Shown piece by piece: positions 41,987 to 53,657 of a stretch of DNA of 64,000 bases. Each line of letters begins with the position of its first letter. Position 1 is the stretch's first letter. The notes beneath the pieces are model-generated. The model saw nothing but the letters and a program-made list of their open reading frames with translations, was not told the DNA's origin and searched no databases. The position numbers and the translations under genes were made by a program. This DNA is from Selaginella moellendorffii (taxonomy: Eukaryota; Plantae; Lycopodiophyta), in the NCBI RefSeq assembly GCF_000143415.4, contig NW_003314368.1, positions 206,792 to 270,791 of the forward strand, written 5' to 3'.

Positions 41987-44818
41987 TTAATGAATCTCAC
42001 CTTGAACCCGGGTTATGAATGCTCTTGCTGCATCTCTTGCATGGTCTGGCAAGGTGATGGTGGCACTCTGCTTCCGCATCCAACCATGCACAACATTATC
42101 CACCGATATGCTCATGCTGGGATCCCTTGGATTTAGCACCCATCTCTTTTCTAGGCAATCCTTCGTATATCCAGAACTTGGCTTGAACCACTCCACAGTT
42201 ACATTGAAGGAGTTAGTTTCCACGTCCTCCTCTGCATCAGTGATGCAGTGCCCCACCCATATTATTTGTTTTTTATTACTGGGTCTGACAAGCATGACCA
42301 TTCCTTTGCAGACCTGTACTGGATTGAATGCTGAATCCGGCTTCTTGTTCCTCGGCCCACAATAGTGATCCTCAACATCGTTATCTGTCACTGCATTTCT
42401 AGAGGACATTGTTCTGCTACTATCTGGTGCTCTGGGTTCTGGCTAAAAGGACTCTTCCAATTCTTCATATACAACCGGCCCATTTTGGATAGCAAATATA
42501 ATCTTCTCCCAGTATTCGAGCAAAGGCTTGCACCTCTTAAAATAGGATTCTCCACCAAACACCAACCCCCTCTTCCAGAAGGCAATATGCTGTCTAATCT
42601 CGGCCACTATACTTTCCTGGTCTTTGAGTCCATCCGGGTGCATCGGCCGTGGGGAACCCTGAGGAATCATAGGTTCCCCAGTTATGGGATCTCTCTTGAA
42701 GAGTTCAATGCCGTCCACTGGCAGCCACACTGTGTCCCATTTTCTCATCTTGTACCTCATCACTGGAGCACCGTCACGCATGCTGAAATGAAACTGAAGA
42801 GGCTTGGAGTGGCCAATCAGCGTTTCGGATCCGTCCCTGATGTAGCCTCTTACAAACCCCTTAAAGTCTGGAACCTTTGTTACAAGTGCAGCTTCAATAG
42901 TGCCTTTGATGCAATTTTGGAATTCATCATAGAGTTGTGGGAGGGTGAGGACATTGGATCGCCGGAGGGACTCTGCCAAGTGACTGAACATGGCATCGAC
43001 GTCTTCATGAGTGTGCCCAACCATGAGAAAGCCAAGTGTAACCGTTTCAAATATGCCTTTGGCAACAAGCATCGCCAAGTACGCGAAGACGTACATGTTT
43101 TTGTTCTCACTGCCAGTATTGTCTGTTTGGAGTAGAAGATGGGGTGGAAGGCCACATTGGCCACAAGAACTTCCTTGAGATTCTGCTTCGTTTGGATGAG
43201 GCTGTGCATTCACCGGGTGACTAGCCTCGTCGGAATGGCATGAGGCTCACGTGATAACCCTACAATCTGAAGGCCAACATATTCACTGGGATGGCATGGG
43301 GCCCCACGCGATACTACAAGCCTTCGCTCCTCCTCTAGCTGAACCCTGTATGGGGTTCGATTGACAAGGGCCTTATGCAAGGGTTGGCCGTTCAGCTCAG
43401 TCTGCGCACTTTGCAGAGACGTGTGCGCAGATGTGTTTTGCTAGGGACGCAATCATCATGTTTGCACCCCCGCCACCCCATAGAGGTACAAAGAAGTTCC
43501 CATAGTTCTGGGCACCATGCCCATGAGCGATTATGCCAAACAGAGACACAGGCAGCTGCATGGATGAAGAGATTGCCTTGGGGGCAGGATTGAGTCAAGG
43601 TAAGCACATCTTTTTCTGGTCCATTTTGTCATGGATGATGCAGAGGTAAGAGTCAGGTCTCTCCATGGAGAGAATCCTGTTATGATAATATGCAGTTCTG
43701 CAGCTTCTCTGCTCGATGTTGTGGTCGAGCCGCCTTCTAACCAACGTCTCTCGCTCTTGAGCGATGCAAGAATTCTTCGACAAAGCCATTTTGATAGCAG
43801 TGCACTCGTCACACTTTGAAAAGCTGGAGTACTTTCCTATACTCACATCCCTGAACCTGTTGCTCCACAATCTACTAAATCTAGATTGGCTCAACTTCCT
43901 GTAGCCATTACTCTAGAGTTCCCGATTCACATCTTCCAATATGGCCCCCTTGGTATACATGGAAGGGAGAACTCGTTGGGTGTCTCGAGTTCCATCTTCC
44001 AAGAGGTGGGTTTTATGTGGTTGCTGCTCGCTATATGTCTCGACAAACCTCTTGAAGATTGCCTCTCCATATACAACATGACCCCTGGTTTTGTGAGTAC
44101 CGTCGTTCCCATGGACTGCCTGTTGAACCCTTTGTTCCTCAAACTCAGTTTTGATTCTGTAGAATGTGGTTCGAGGGACTCCATAAATGATTCTCTATGC
44201 CTTCATGCAGACCAAACCCCTCTGGAAGACCATGCCCCCCACCTGATGTTCTGAAGCATCAACAGATGACCGTAATGCCTCATACACAAAATTGCGAGCT
44301 GCCTTCCAGGACAATGTCTTGTATCTTGCTCTCTCCTCTTCAATAGCATCCCAATCAGCATGTTGACAGCACCTCCTTTTGCAACAAGCAACTATCGAGA
44401 CCATTCGAACCTCCATCGCCATTTTCTGCCTTTTCAGTTCGTTGCTCAGATCCCTTTGGCTGCGCTTTAGGAAGGTGTACTTTCTTTTCCCATGAAGAGA
44501 TGTTCTGTCATCAGTTGTAGTGGTGTTTGATTGTGAATCCTTCACATTCTCAAATACTAAGTGCCTCAATTTCCACCGCACAATGCTTCCAATAGTCAGA
44601 TTGTTTTCTTCTGTGTCAACAACCTCTAAAATCGCAACTCCAATATCATCCCAGCCCAATTCTTGATTAGCAACTGCATCTCTTGGATCGACAACTGTGG
44701 TTAAACCCTTAGCTACCACCTCCCCCTCGGGGTTGTTTAGAAACACCTTTGCCTGAATCCATGTAGTACGGTTCTTAAGATCCACGGAGGGAACATGCGT
44801 CGCACTTGTGGAGGCCAT
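41987..44818 (-). pseudogene. Sola-like (DUF7869-type) DDD transposase with several premature stops
   Basis: One frame joins ORFs 44195-44818, 43595-43894, 42443-43213 and 41987-42409. Motifs: VCMKA*RIIYG, HGN, FSKCDEC, IIHDKMDQ, LPVSLFGIIAHGHG, LQTDNTGSENKN, FLMVGHTHEDVDAMFS. Stops at 44195, 43913, 43595 and 42443 are each one transition from W/Q/R codons. Confidence 0.8.
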
Positions 44819-45431
44819 TCTGAAAGTGCAGAAAAGAAGTTAAGACCATACAAAAAATGATTGGAGAATGGCCTAAATCATAACATACCAAACAACCTCA
44901 ATAGCATGAGACTACATGCCATTATTCAAACATGCTATTGACACCCACGTGAAATTTCACATTCACAAAATTGGCATGAGCCCTCATGCCATTAGTGGTA
45001 CCACTAATGGCATGAGGACTCATGCCATTTTTGAACATGCGCAATTTCTCGTGTTGTCTCGTCCCATGATGGCATGAGGCATCATGCCCTTTCGCAATGT
45101 GGTCCTAATGGTGAACATACCATGAAGGCCATTCGCCGAACATTTTAAGGAAGCGCTAGCCACATCTACGACAGTACCTCACGCAACACCGCAAGTACTC
45201 GTAGTGTCGCTCGCGACACCGCAACTGCTCGTAGCGCTGCTCGCACAAACTGCCACTCGCATAAACTGCCGCTCGCAATGGCGCTCGCAATGCCGCAACC
45301 GCTCGTAGACGCATAAACCACAGCTCACAACGCCGCTTACACAAGCAGCGCTCACTGCGCTCAGTGGAACCAAGAACACGGCACACAAAAATGATAGACC
45401 TAGGAATGAGTTCGAGAATTAAAAAATAACA

Positions 45432-47352
45432 CACGCTTGAACGTCACATCAAATCCTCTAACAAACCAGATCTTATGATTCCTCTGACAAATTTCAAACT
45501 GAGTAGCTTCTAGACTTTGCTATCGGAGGTTGAACTTTGTCACATCATGTCCTTGCCTCAATCCAGCTGTGCCATGTCAGTGATTCGAACTTTGCCATGC
45601 CATGTCAGCGATCCGCGCCAAGATTATTCGCCGTATAAAGGAATAATTATGCTGTGTGTGTACGTCCATTTATGGCAATATAAGGCCACACGCCATTCAA
45701 AGAATAATGCTAGTCGAGCATTTTTTGGTGGATTTTTGGGTTCAAAATTGCATGAGCCCACACGCTATAAAGTTTACCTATACCAAAAATAGAAACAGCT
45801 TTATTTACTTGGGAATTTAAGTGGTTGAGGCATTTTTAAACTTACAAACACATGCCCTACTTACATTCCTTTGGTTGCTTAAAATTCAAAAATATTATAA
45901 ACCTTTCTTTTTGCATTTTCAATGTTTTCAATTATGGTTTTTGATTTTCGCAGGACCAGCCTAGTAATCTATTTGCATCCCGTCATGTTTATAGCTAGCT
46001 TTCGTTTGTCCCCTTCGCTAGCCTGAGATACATCTGCTCGGCATCTGCCTCTTACAACATTTGCCCAGAAAGGGCATCTTTCTTCACGCAGCATTTGCCA
46101 CATGTTTAGGGTTTAGGGTTTAGGATTTAGCAATTCAGTAGCTTGATAAACATGCAAATACAGAACTTGATGCAAAATCCTTTGATATGTCACAATGCCC
46201 CTAGGACCATAAACACATTTCAATAGAGAGGGTCCTTTCATTTTATAACTCCTTACGTAGATCTTGGTGAAACCAGAGTTAGTGAAATTAGTTTCTTATG
46301 ATCCCGCATCTGATTGTGATGTCCCTTTGCAATGTCGATGGAAAGGTCAATGCACACCAAACTGTAAAATCTTGGAGCAAAATAACTGTCAGATCTATGG
46401 CAAATGCCCCTAAAACATTGTAAGGCTCGTGTGGTCTCATGTGGTGTCCGATCGAGATGCTTCTTTGTAGGGTCATCAAGAAAGACATTGTATACCATTC
46501 TGTAAAATCTAGTTGCGATATAACGGTTGGATCTCCAGAAAACTCAAGAAAATCTCACGCGTGTCAGAATATTCTAGGAATATACTCCTATGTGCCCCTG
46601 AAAATGGCATGCGGCCCCACGCCATTCAAGAGATAACGCCAGATGACGCCGAGCATTTTTTGGGCATTTTTTGGGATCAAAATTGCATGAGCCCACATGC
46701 TTGAACGTCACATCAAATCCTCTGACAAACCAGATCTTATAATTCCTCTGACAAATTTCAAACTGAGTAGCTTCTAGACTTTGCTGTCGGACGTTGAACT
46801 TTGTCACATCATGTCCTTGCCTCGATCCAGCTGTGCCATGTCAGTGATTCGAACTTTGCCATGCCATGTCAGCGATCCGCGCCAAGATTATTCGCCGTGT
46901 AACTGCTCGGCATCTGCCTCTTACAGTATTTGCCCAAAAAGGGCATCTTTCTTCACGCAGCATTTACCACATGTTTAGAGTTTAGGGTTTAGCAATTCAG
47001 TAACTTGATAAACATGCAAATACAGAACTTGATGCAAAATCCTTTGATATGTCAGGACCATAAACACATTTCAATAGAGAGGGTCCTTTCATTTCATAAC
47101 TCCTTACGCAGATCTTGGTGAAACGAGAGTTAGTAAAGTTGGTTTCTTGTGATCCCGCATCTGATTGTGATGTCCCTTTGCAGTGTCAATGGAAAGGTCA
47201 ATGCACACCAAACTGTAGAATCTTGGAGCAAAATAAAGGTCGGATCTATGGCAAATGCCCCTGAAACATTGTAAGGCTCGTGTGGTCTCATGTGGTGTCC
47301 GATCGAGATGCTTCTTTGCAGGGTCATCAAGAAGGACATTGTATACCATTCT
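45432..47352. repeat. Direct duplications in the divergent intergenic region
   Basis: 45432-45634 matches 46696-46898; 46034-46501 matches 46903-47352; the second pair includes TTTAGGG runs. Confidence 0.9.
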
Positions 47353-48027
47353 TTATTTAGTTGAATATCTGGCATTTTTGGAAATACAAGATGCTTTGGA
47401 ATATCCAATCATGCATGGTATAAATATAGCGAGGGTATTAAATGATATCCCAATCATGATCTTTCTTTTGGATTTCGCGTGCATGCAGTCCGAGGAATGA
47501 TGACGTTGCGGATTTCTTTTGGATTTCACGTGCATGCATCCGCGCGGCAATCCAGAAATTAATGGTGGCGCCCAAGTTTGAGGAATGATGATGTTGTGGG
47601 ATTACCAACCGTCGTGACATTTCGCGCGTGTGAGGTTAGGTTTTGCATTTTGCTTCGTACTCGCGCTCGCACACTTGCGCTCGCATTGCGCTCCCACTCG
47701 CGATCACGCTCACATTCGCGCTCATCTACCTTCTTTACAGGTTTCTCGTGTGCATCGGCGTCCACTCGCGCTTGCATCACACTCGCGCTCGCATTGCGCT
47801 TGTGTGCATCGGCGTCCACTTCAAGACACATCCAGTTTGTAACTTCGCCACCAACTCCGCCGCCCACTCCGCCACCCACACGCAGCCCACTTGGCATCCC
47901 AGGAGATTTCAGCGCCACTCTCCAACTGTAAGTGGCAGAGTAGCCTTGCTGCTACGATCCGCTGCACACACAGTGCACATTCGCCAGCGAGTCCGGCCTT
48001 AATTGTCACGCCTCCATTCGGCTTCAA

Positions 48028-51000
48028 ATGGTAAGTCTTTTAGGCCAAGTAGAAAATGGCATGAGGCCACATACCATTCAGTAGCAACATTGGCATGCAC
48101 CGATTGGGCTCTCGAGTGCAGTCCGGTTACAGATGGCGTGTAGCCTCACGCCATCTTAGGATGCAGCCTCAAGACATCTGATGCAGTGGTGAATGGCGTG
48201 TGGCCTCACGTTATTTCCAGCTGCTAGCTTTTCATCTGTCAGCTCTAATTGTTGTGCATTTCTGAACAGGCGAGGAATTGCGTTCTTCTTCCAGCCACTG
48301 TCAATGTGGATGTAGAGAAGGGGGAGGAGCTCACCAGTTGGACTTTTGGGATGGAAGGCGAGGATCTGAGGCTGTACAACACAGATGGTGGGAGAAAAGA
48401 ATGCATGGGGATCCTCATCCAAGTGACAGACACTCCATGCAGTTCCATGCAAGAATATGGACTGGCACTTGTGGTAGAGACAGCATCCGCCTTCAAGATC
48501 CACCTTGCACATCCTAGCGGCTTCCCGGAGGGGGGCAGCGGCTATGAGGAATTCCTAGAGGGAGCTAGGGAGAGGTTGTCCAGGAGGCCCACAATTTCAA
48601 AGATGCTGCGGGTCTATGAAGATCACATGGAATCCACGGACTTCACCAACTGCGATGTTCAAAAACTATATTCCAACATTGAGCCGTTGAGAGTGCCTCT
48701 AGTTCGCGAAGCAAAGGGGAAGGAGGTCGATCTGGAAACTACCCCGAAGCAGAAAAGGGTGGTCAAGCTCAAGCCGACGTCTGACTCTCCTGCTCCAAAA
48801 AAAAAGCTACTCGGTGATGCCATTGCCTCGGGTTCGAACACTACACCCACCAAAAAGAAGAGCCGCAAAGAGCAGAAAGAGCAAGAAGAGGCAGCAAAAA
48901 TCGTCGCAGATAATAGTACTTGTTACTATTCCAACAAAGTATATACAATCGACATGAGCCGTATTGACATCCAAAGCAAATACAACCACAGGCTAGTATC
49001 TAATGAGTGGGTGGAGAAACTGAAGCAGAAGATGCTGGCAAGTCCAGTAACACCCGACATCGTAGACGTGATCCCCTACTACCGAACAATGAAGGGCGAG
49101 ACGAGGTTTCCAGACTTGATCAATAGGAAGGTGTTGGACGATCAGAACATCCGGTTCTATGCCGTCTCCGGGCAGCATTCTAGCTTGGCGATGCAAGAGA
49201 TAGTTGTGGATATTATGGTGGGCGAGGAGGTGAAGAAAGTCTTCAAGACAAGAGTTGTCCGCCTGATAAAAGGCAACTCGCCCCTCCGATCTATCATATA
49301 CATCTCCCACGCGTAGAATGTCAAGCAAGAAACGTGCTACAAATCGGGTTTGCACGAGACATTGGCACGAACACGGAAGCTCTGGGTTCAACTGAAGAAG
49401 CCACAAAAACCAGGACAAGGACGTGCACTAGCAACTAGTGCCTGGCAGGTAAGCCTCATTGCATGTGGCATAGCATGTGGCCTCACGGCATTTCCATTGC
49501 AGGAATTCTTGAGTCTTCTCTCGAAAACACTAGGGGTCAATGACACACTCAGCATCCATAACATTCTACTCACGACAAAAGTTGTTTTTGACAAATGGGT
49601 AGATGTGCTGAGGAGGTACCATGACGGGGAGTTGCTAAACTCAATGGGTGTGGAGGACGGCCGGAAGCCCAATGATTTGAAGCTCAACGCCTTGCGTTTC
49701 TCGCGGTCTCTAGACGACGACGACCTTCTGACAGTGGCTAATGCTTTCCTACGTGGTGAGGTAGTCTTCAACAAGACCAAAATGACTCCCGGCCATATTG
49801 TGACATACGAGGACTTGTGCACGACTCTAAGAGCTCGTGCGCTATTGAAGGATTGGATCTTCAAGCAAGTGGCCGTGGAGAGGGTGAGCATCGACACCAC
49901 GCAAGAGATGATGGAAGAGCTGGAGTTGTCAAATGAAGACATCGACGAGTACGTGAAGGGGGCCCCCAAGTTCATCGATCTGCTGCGGGATGCCACGAAA
50001 AGTAAAGCTGAGAAGTTGGATCAGTATCCAAATTTCATTAAGAGTGATGTCGACTGCCGGCTTCAGAAACAGCTCGACCCCGCAGCAGAGGCCTATCGAG
50101 AACCTTACCGAGTATACGTGAATTCGGATGAGGATCAAAGGTGGAGGAGCATCGTTTCCCGCGGAGATGAGCAGGTCAAGAACATCTTTTGTGTGATGGA
50201 CTTTACAAACGAGGAGATCACTCATGCAGACGAAGTCAGCTCCATCATTGACTTAATGGTGGGACTTGCGGAGGTGGAATCTTCAGTCCACTATATGATC
50301 TACGACTCCGAATCCTATCACAAGTTCTGGAAGGCCTTGAACGAGGTGAAGGCTCGGTTGAAAGGCAAGGAGATGCGGGAGATCCATGGGATAATGGCTA
50401 AGAAGAAGATACCGACGAATGTCCGCATCTTCACACTCACCCTTGTTATTGGTCCTGCAGCAGAGTGGGACTGGAGTGACTTCCCAGCTTCGTTCGATAA
50501 GGCCGATCGAATTGATCTGAGGGAGGTCAATTTACCCGTGCCTGAGGAACTGAAGACGGCTATGGAGCTTTCGAATCCAGAGAAAGCTCCAGGTGTAGCA
50601 TGGGAAATGCTCAGCTGGGTCTTCAACGCAATAGCGGGTGGGTCACCTGCTTCTGACTCCAAGGGCAAATGCGTTGTCGAGTACAACTGCGGTGGACTAT
50701 TCTTTCGAGCCGCACTACTCAAGGGTGTCCCGTGTGTTGCGGTGACAAACTCCATTGAAGAGGTGACTTCAATGGAGCATATAATTACAGTTGCCAAAGA
50801 AAAACAGTATCTTCTCTGCGAACCTGGTGAGTACGCACTTTAAGTTTAAATGTTATCTCACAAGCGCTGTATGCAGGAGCGTGGCCACCCCCAGATGCTG
50901 AAATGGCATTAACAGCTACTGTTGAAGATACCCATGTTGGGCCGAGCTCACAACCTGCACAATGTAAGGTCACGTGAGGCCTCACGCCATTTTGATTATA

Positions 51001-53657
51001 GATCGTTGTGAATATTCAGACACGAGGACTGAAAAGCGCACTGGTGGCGCGTCGAAGAAGGACAAACAGACAAGCAATAGGAAAAAAGGAGGTACAAATT
51101 ATATTTGCAATGGCGTGTGGTCTCATGCCATTCCTTGCAAGAGACACTTCTTCAAAGGCAAAACAGGCAAGCACTAGCCAAGCTCAAACTGACAGTGGTC
51201 ATAAAAAGCGAAAGCACGTTGGACAGTCGTCGGGATCAGAGGCGTTTGATTCGAAAAGGAAGAAGGGCAACGAAAAGATGATAGGTAATGCCTCGCGGTT
51301 ATGGCGTGTGTGCTCATGCCATTCATTGTAGATCAAGGGCTGAGTGAAAGCAGCCAGTCACCACCTCCTGACTCAGATTCCTATGGCAGACTCCCCTTCC
51401 CCAATCTCAATGGAGAGGTACAATGGATGAGGGATGCTTTTCAAGTCAGGGCCACGTTTTTCTCATCTCGTCGTCTTCGAAGGGTGCAAGAACGTGCAAA
51501 AACCATGTTAAGACAGTCGGGTGAGGATACGGTCCTAGGTCACGCACTAAAACAGGCTATGGATGTTTTGTATTTTGAGATGGAGACTCGGCCAGATGAT
51601 TTACCCAAGATGGTCCTGGAAGAACAAGCCATCCAGCCTGAGCAGCCTATGGAAGAAATGCAGGAGGGGGATGAGGAGCCAGAGAAAGATAATGAGCAGG
51701 AAGAGCAGAAGGACGAAGAGGAGGACAAAGAAGAGGAGGACGAAGAAGAGGAGGACAAAGAGGACTTGGATGGTCCTCACAATGGTGACGATCACAATAA
51801 CGACGACGACGATGATGACGACGATGGCCAGCCTGAGGTGGCCAAAGAGCAGCGGAGGAAGGTCATACAAGACAAACCATTAGGTAAATAATAGTACATC
51901 CATTCCTAACCTTTTACCATTTCTAACATTGTCCATGTAGGTCGCAGAGCAAATGGTAAGTAGAGATTATTTAGTTGAATTAAGATACAAACTCTAGCCT
52001 TTAGTGTCGAGGAAGGATAGTGCCAAGCAAGGGTCGAAACGTATGTCCAATCCTTCAGAATCAGCAGTGCGCCCAAGTGATATCAGTCCTAGTTCCTCAA
52101 TAGCAATTGATGGTAAATACAGTATAGTCGATTCAATGTGCTAATGAGTTTGTTTTTAGTAGCCAGTAGGGAGGATACCATCTCAATCGAAGGGAGATAT
52201 TTGGACATGCATATGGATCCGCCAGTGGACTCTACTTGCCTGCAAGAGTCATCAGAGCTGGTGGAGACTACTATCCATATCAATGCCAAGCAAGCTGACC
52301 ACGCTCCACTTGATGCTGCCCATACCACTGAGTCAATCTTGTCCACGTATCCAACTGACGGTGACCAGGCGCCATTGGACCCTCATGAGGCCGCCCCAGC
52401 CGCCAAGCCGGTCGTATCCTCATTTCCAACGGACTCAACGTGTGCCCAATCGTCTGACTACGCGCCGTTGGAACCTCCCTACACCGCCCCTGCTGCCTGT
52501 TCGGTCATGTCCACTTTGCCAACGGAGGCACCAGCTGAAATGGTGTGTGATCACACGCCATCGGAACCACCCCATGCCACTGTTGAGCCAGTTGTACCAG
52601 AGTCTATAGCTGAAATGGCATGTGCCCACACGCCATCGGATGCGATTGACCCCACATTGCAGAGGAGAGTATTTCCACCCTTCACGTTTCCTGGACCAAA
52701 ACCCTCTCAACGACCATCGGGAGCACCATTCGCTAATATTGTAGATGGTAAAATTGACTTGTACCATTTTTTATGCTGACGCATTTCATTTCAGAGTCAC
52801 GGCGAAGGTACTGTATCGTTTTTGATCTGAACAGTGTCCTTTTCTCCCATGAGCGTGGCTCGTCCTCGAATGTCACTGCACCCTCCAAAGCCTGCGGTCG
52901 CAAGTTGTTCAAAAGAGACAGATTCACATTAATCACACGGGAGAAACTACGGGATCTAATAATGACCATGCGACACTTAAAACAGAGGGCCGGGTTCAAT
53001 TTGCAATTGGGAGTTTGGACATCCATGATGTGCCACAATGCATTAACGTTGCTACAGATGATGCACGATCAGACGCGAGTAATATTACCATTTGACTTTC
53101 TCCTAACGCAGGAGGATTGCTTGACTATGGTCCATATGAGGGGTAGCAAGCCCATCTTCGTCAAGCCAGAGGCTGTAGTGATGAACCGGACTGCTAGGTC
53201 AAGTGAAATCCTCATCATCGATGACTCGCCGATTAAAACTGCAACGAACACGCACACATATGCAGTGCACCCCATCTCTTGCAGTATGGAAACTAGGGAG
53301 AAGAAACCGTATGTTCTGGGGGACCTTGCAAAACGGATTGGAGCGATGGTGATAGAGAACTGGCCAGTCCAGGAGGTGGCTGCAGAAATCAGCCAAATGG
53401 CAGATGGAACGGTATATCAGAAGCCATTTGATCGGACAGACACCAGTCATCATTTATGGCATGTATATTGTCTAGCCAAGCACTATCCGCATCTCCATAA
53501 TCTGCTCAACCGGATGGGTTCTTCGACCACTGAACATGAGCGTGGACGTATTAGAGAAGAGATGGCATTACTATTGGGTTTAAATCCTGATAGTGTGGAG
53601 AGTGATGAAATTCCAAGATTATTGTATAGGCGTTGGAGGCAAAAAATAACAGTCTGA
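48028..53657 (+). pseudogene. 11-exon cargo gene (~1640 codons): ParB/Srx-like, methyltransferase-like fold, acidic linker, FCP1/NIF HAD phosphatase; one premature TAG
   Basis: Predicted exons 48028-48030, 48270-49448, 49503-50826, 50877-50963, 51020-51091, 51144-51284, 51332-51883, 51941-51955, 52005-52112, 52160-52747, 52795-53657. All introns are GT-AG and the frame is preserved (4932 nt). Only stop is at 49314-49316. Motifs: FYAVSGQHS; EK.P...VVEYNCGG...AALLKG..CVA; IVFDLNSVL, VWTS, IIDDSPIK. Confidence 0.7.

Noticed and set aside
46105-46130. Telomere or chromosome-fusion scar
   Set aside because: Only about three TTTAGGG units inside a duplicated block of the transposon.
49388-50797. 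Antisense ORFs of 202 and 159 aa opposite the cargo gene
   Set aside because: Ser-rich shadows of the sense reading frame with no independent motifs.
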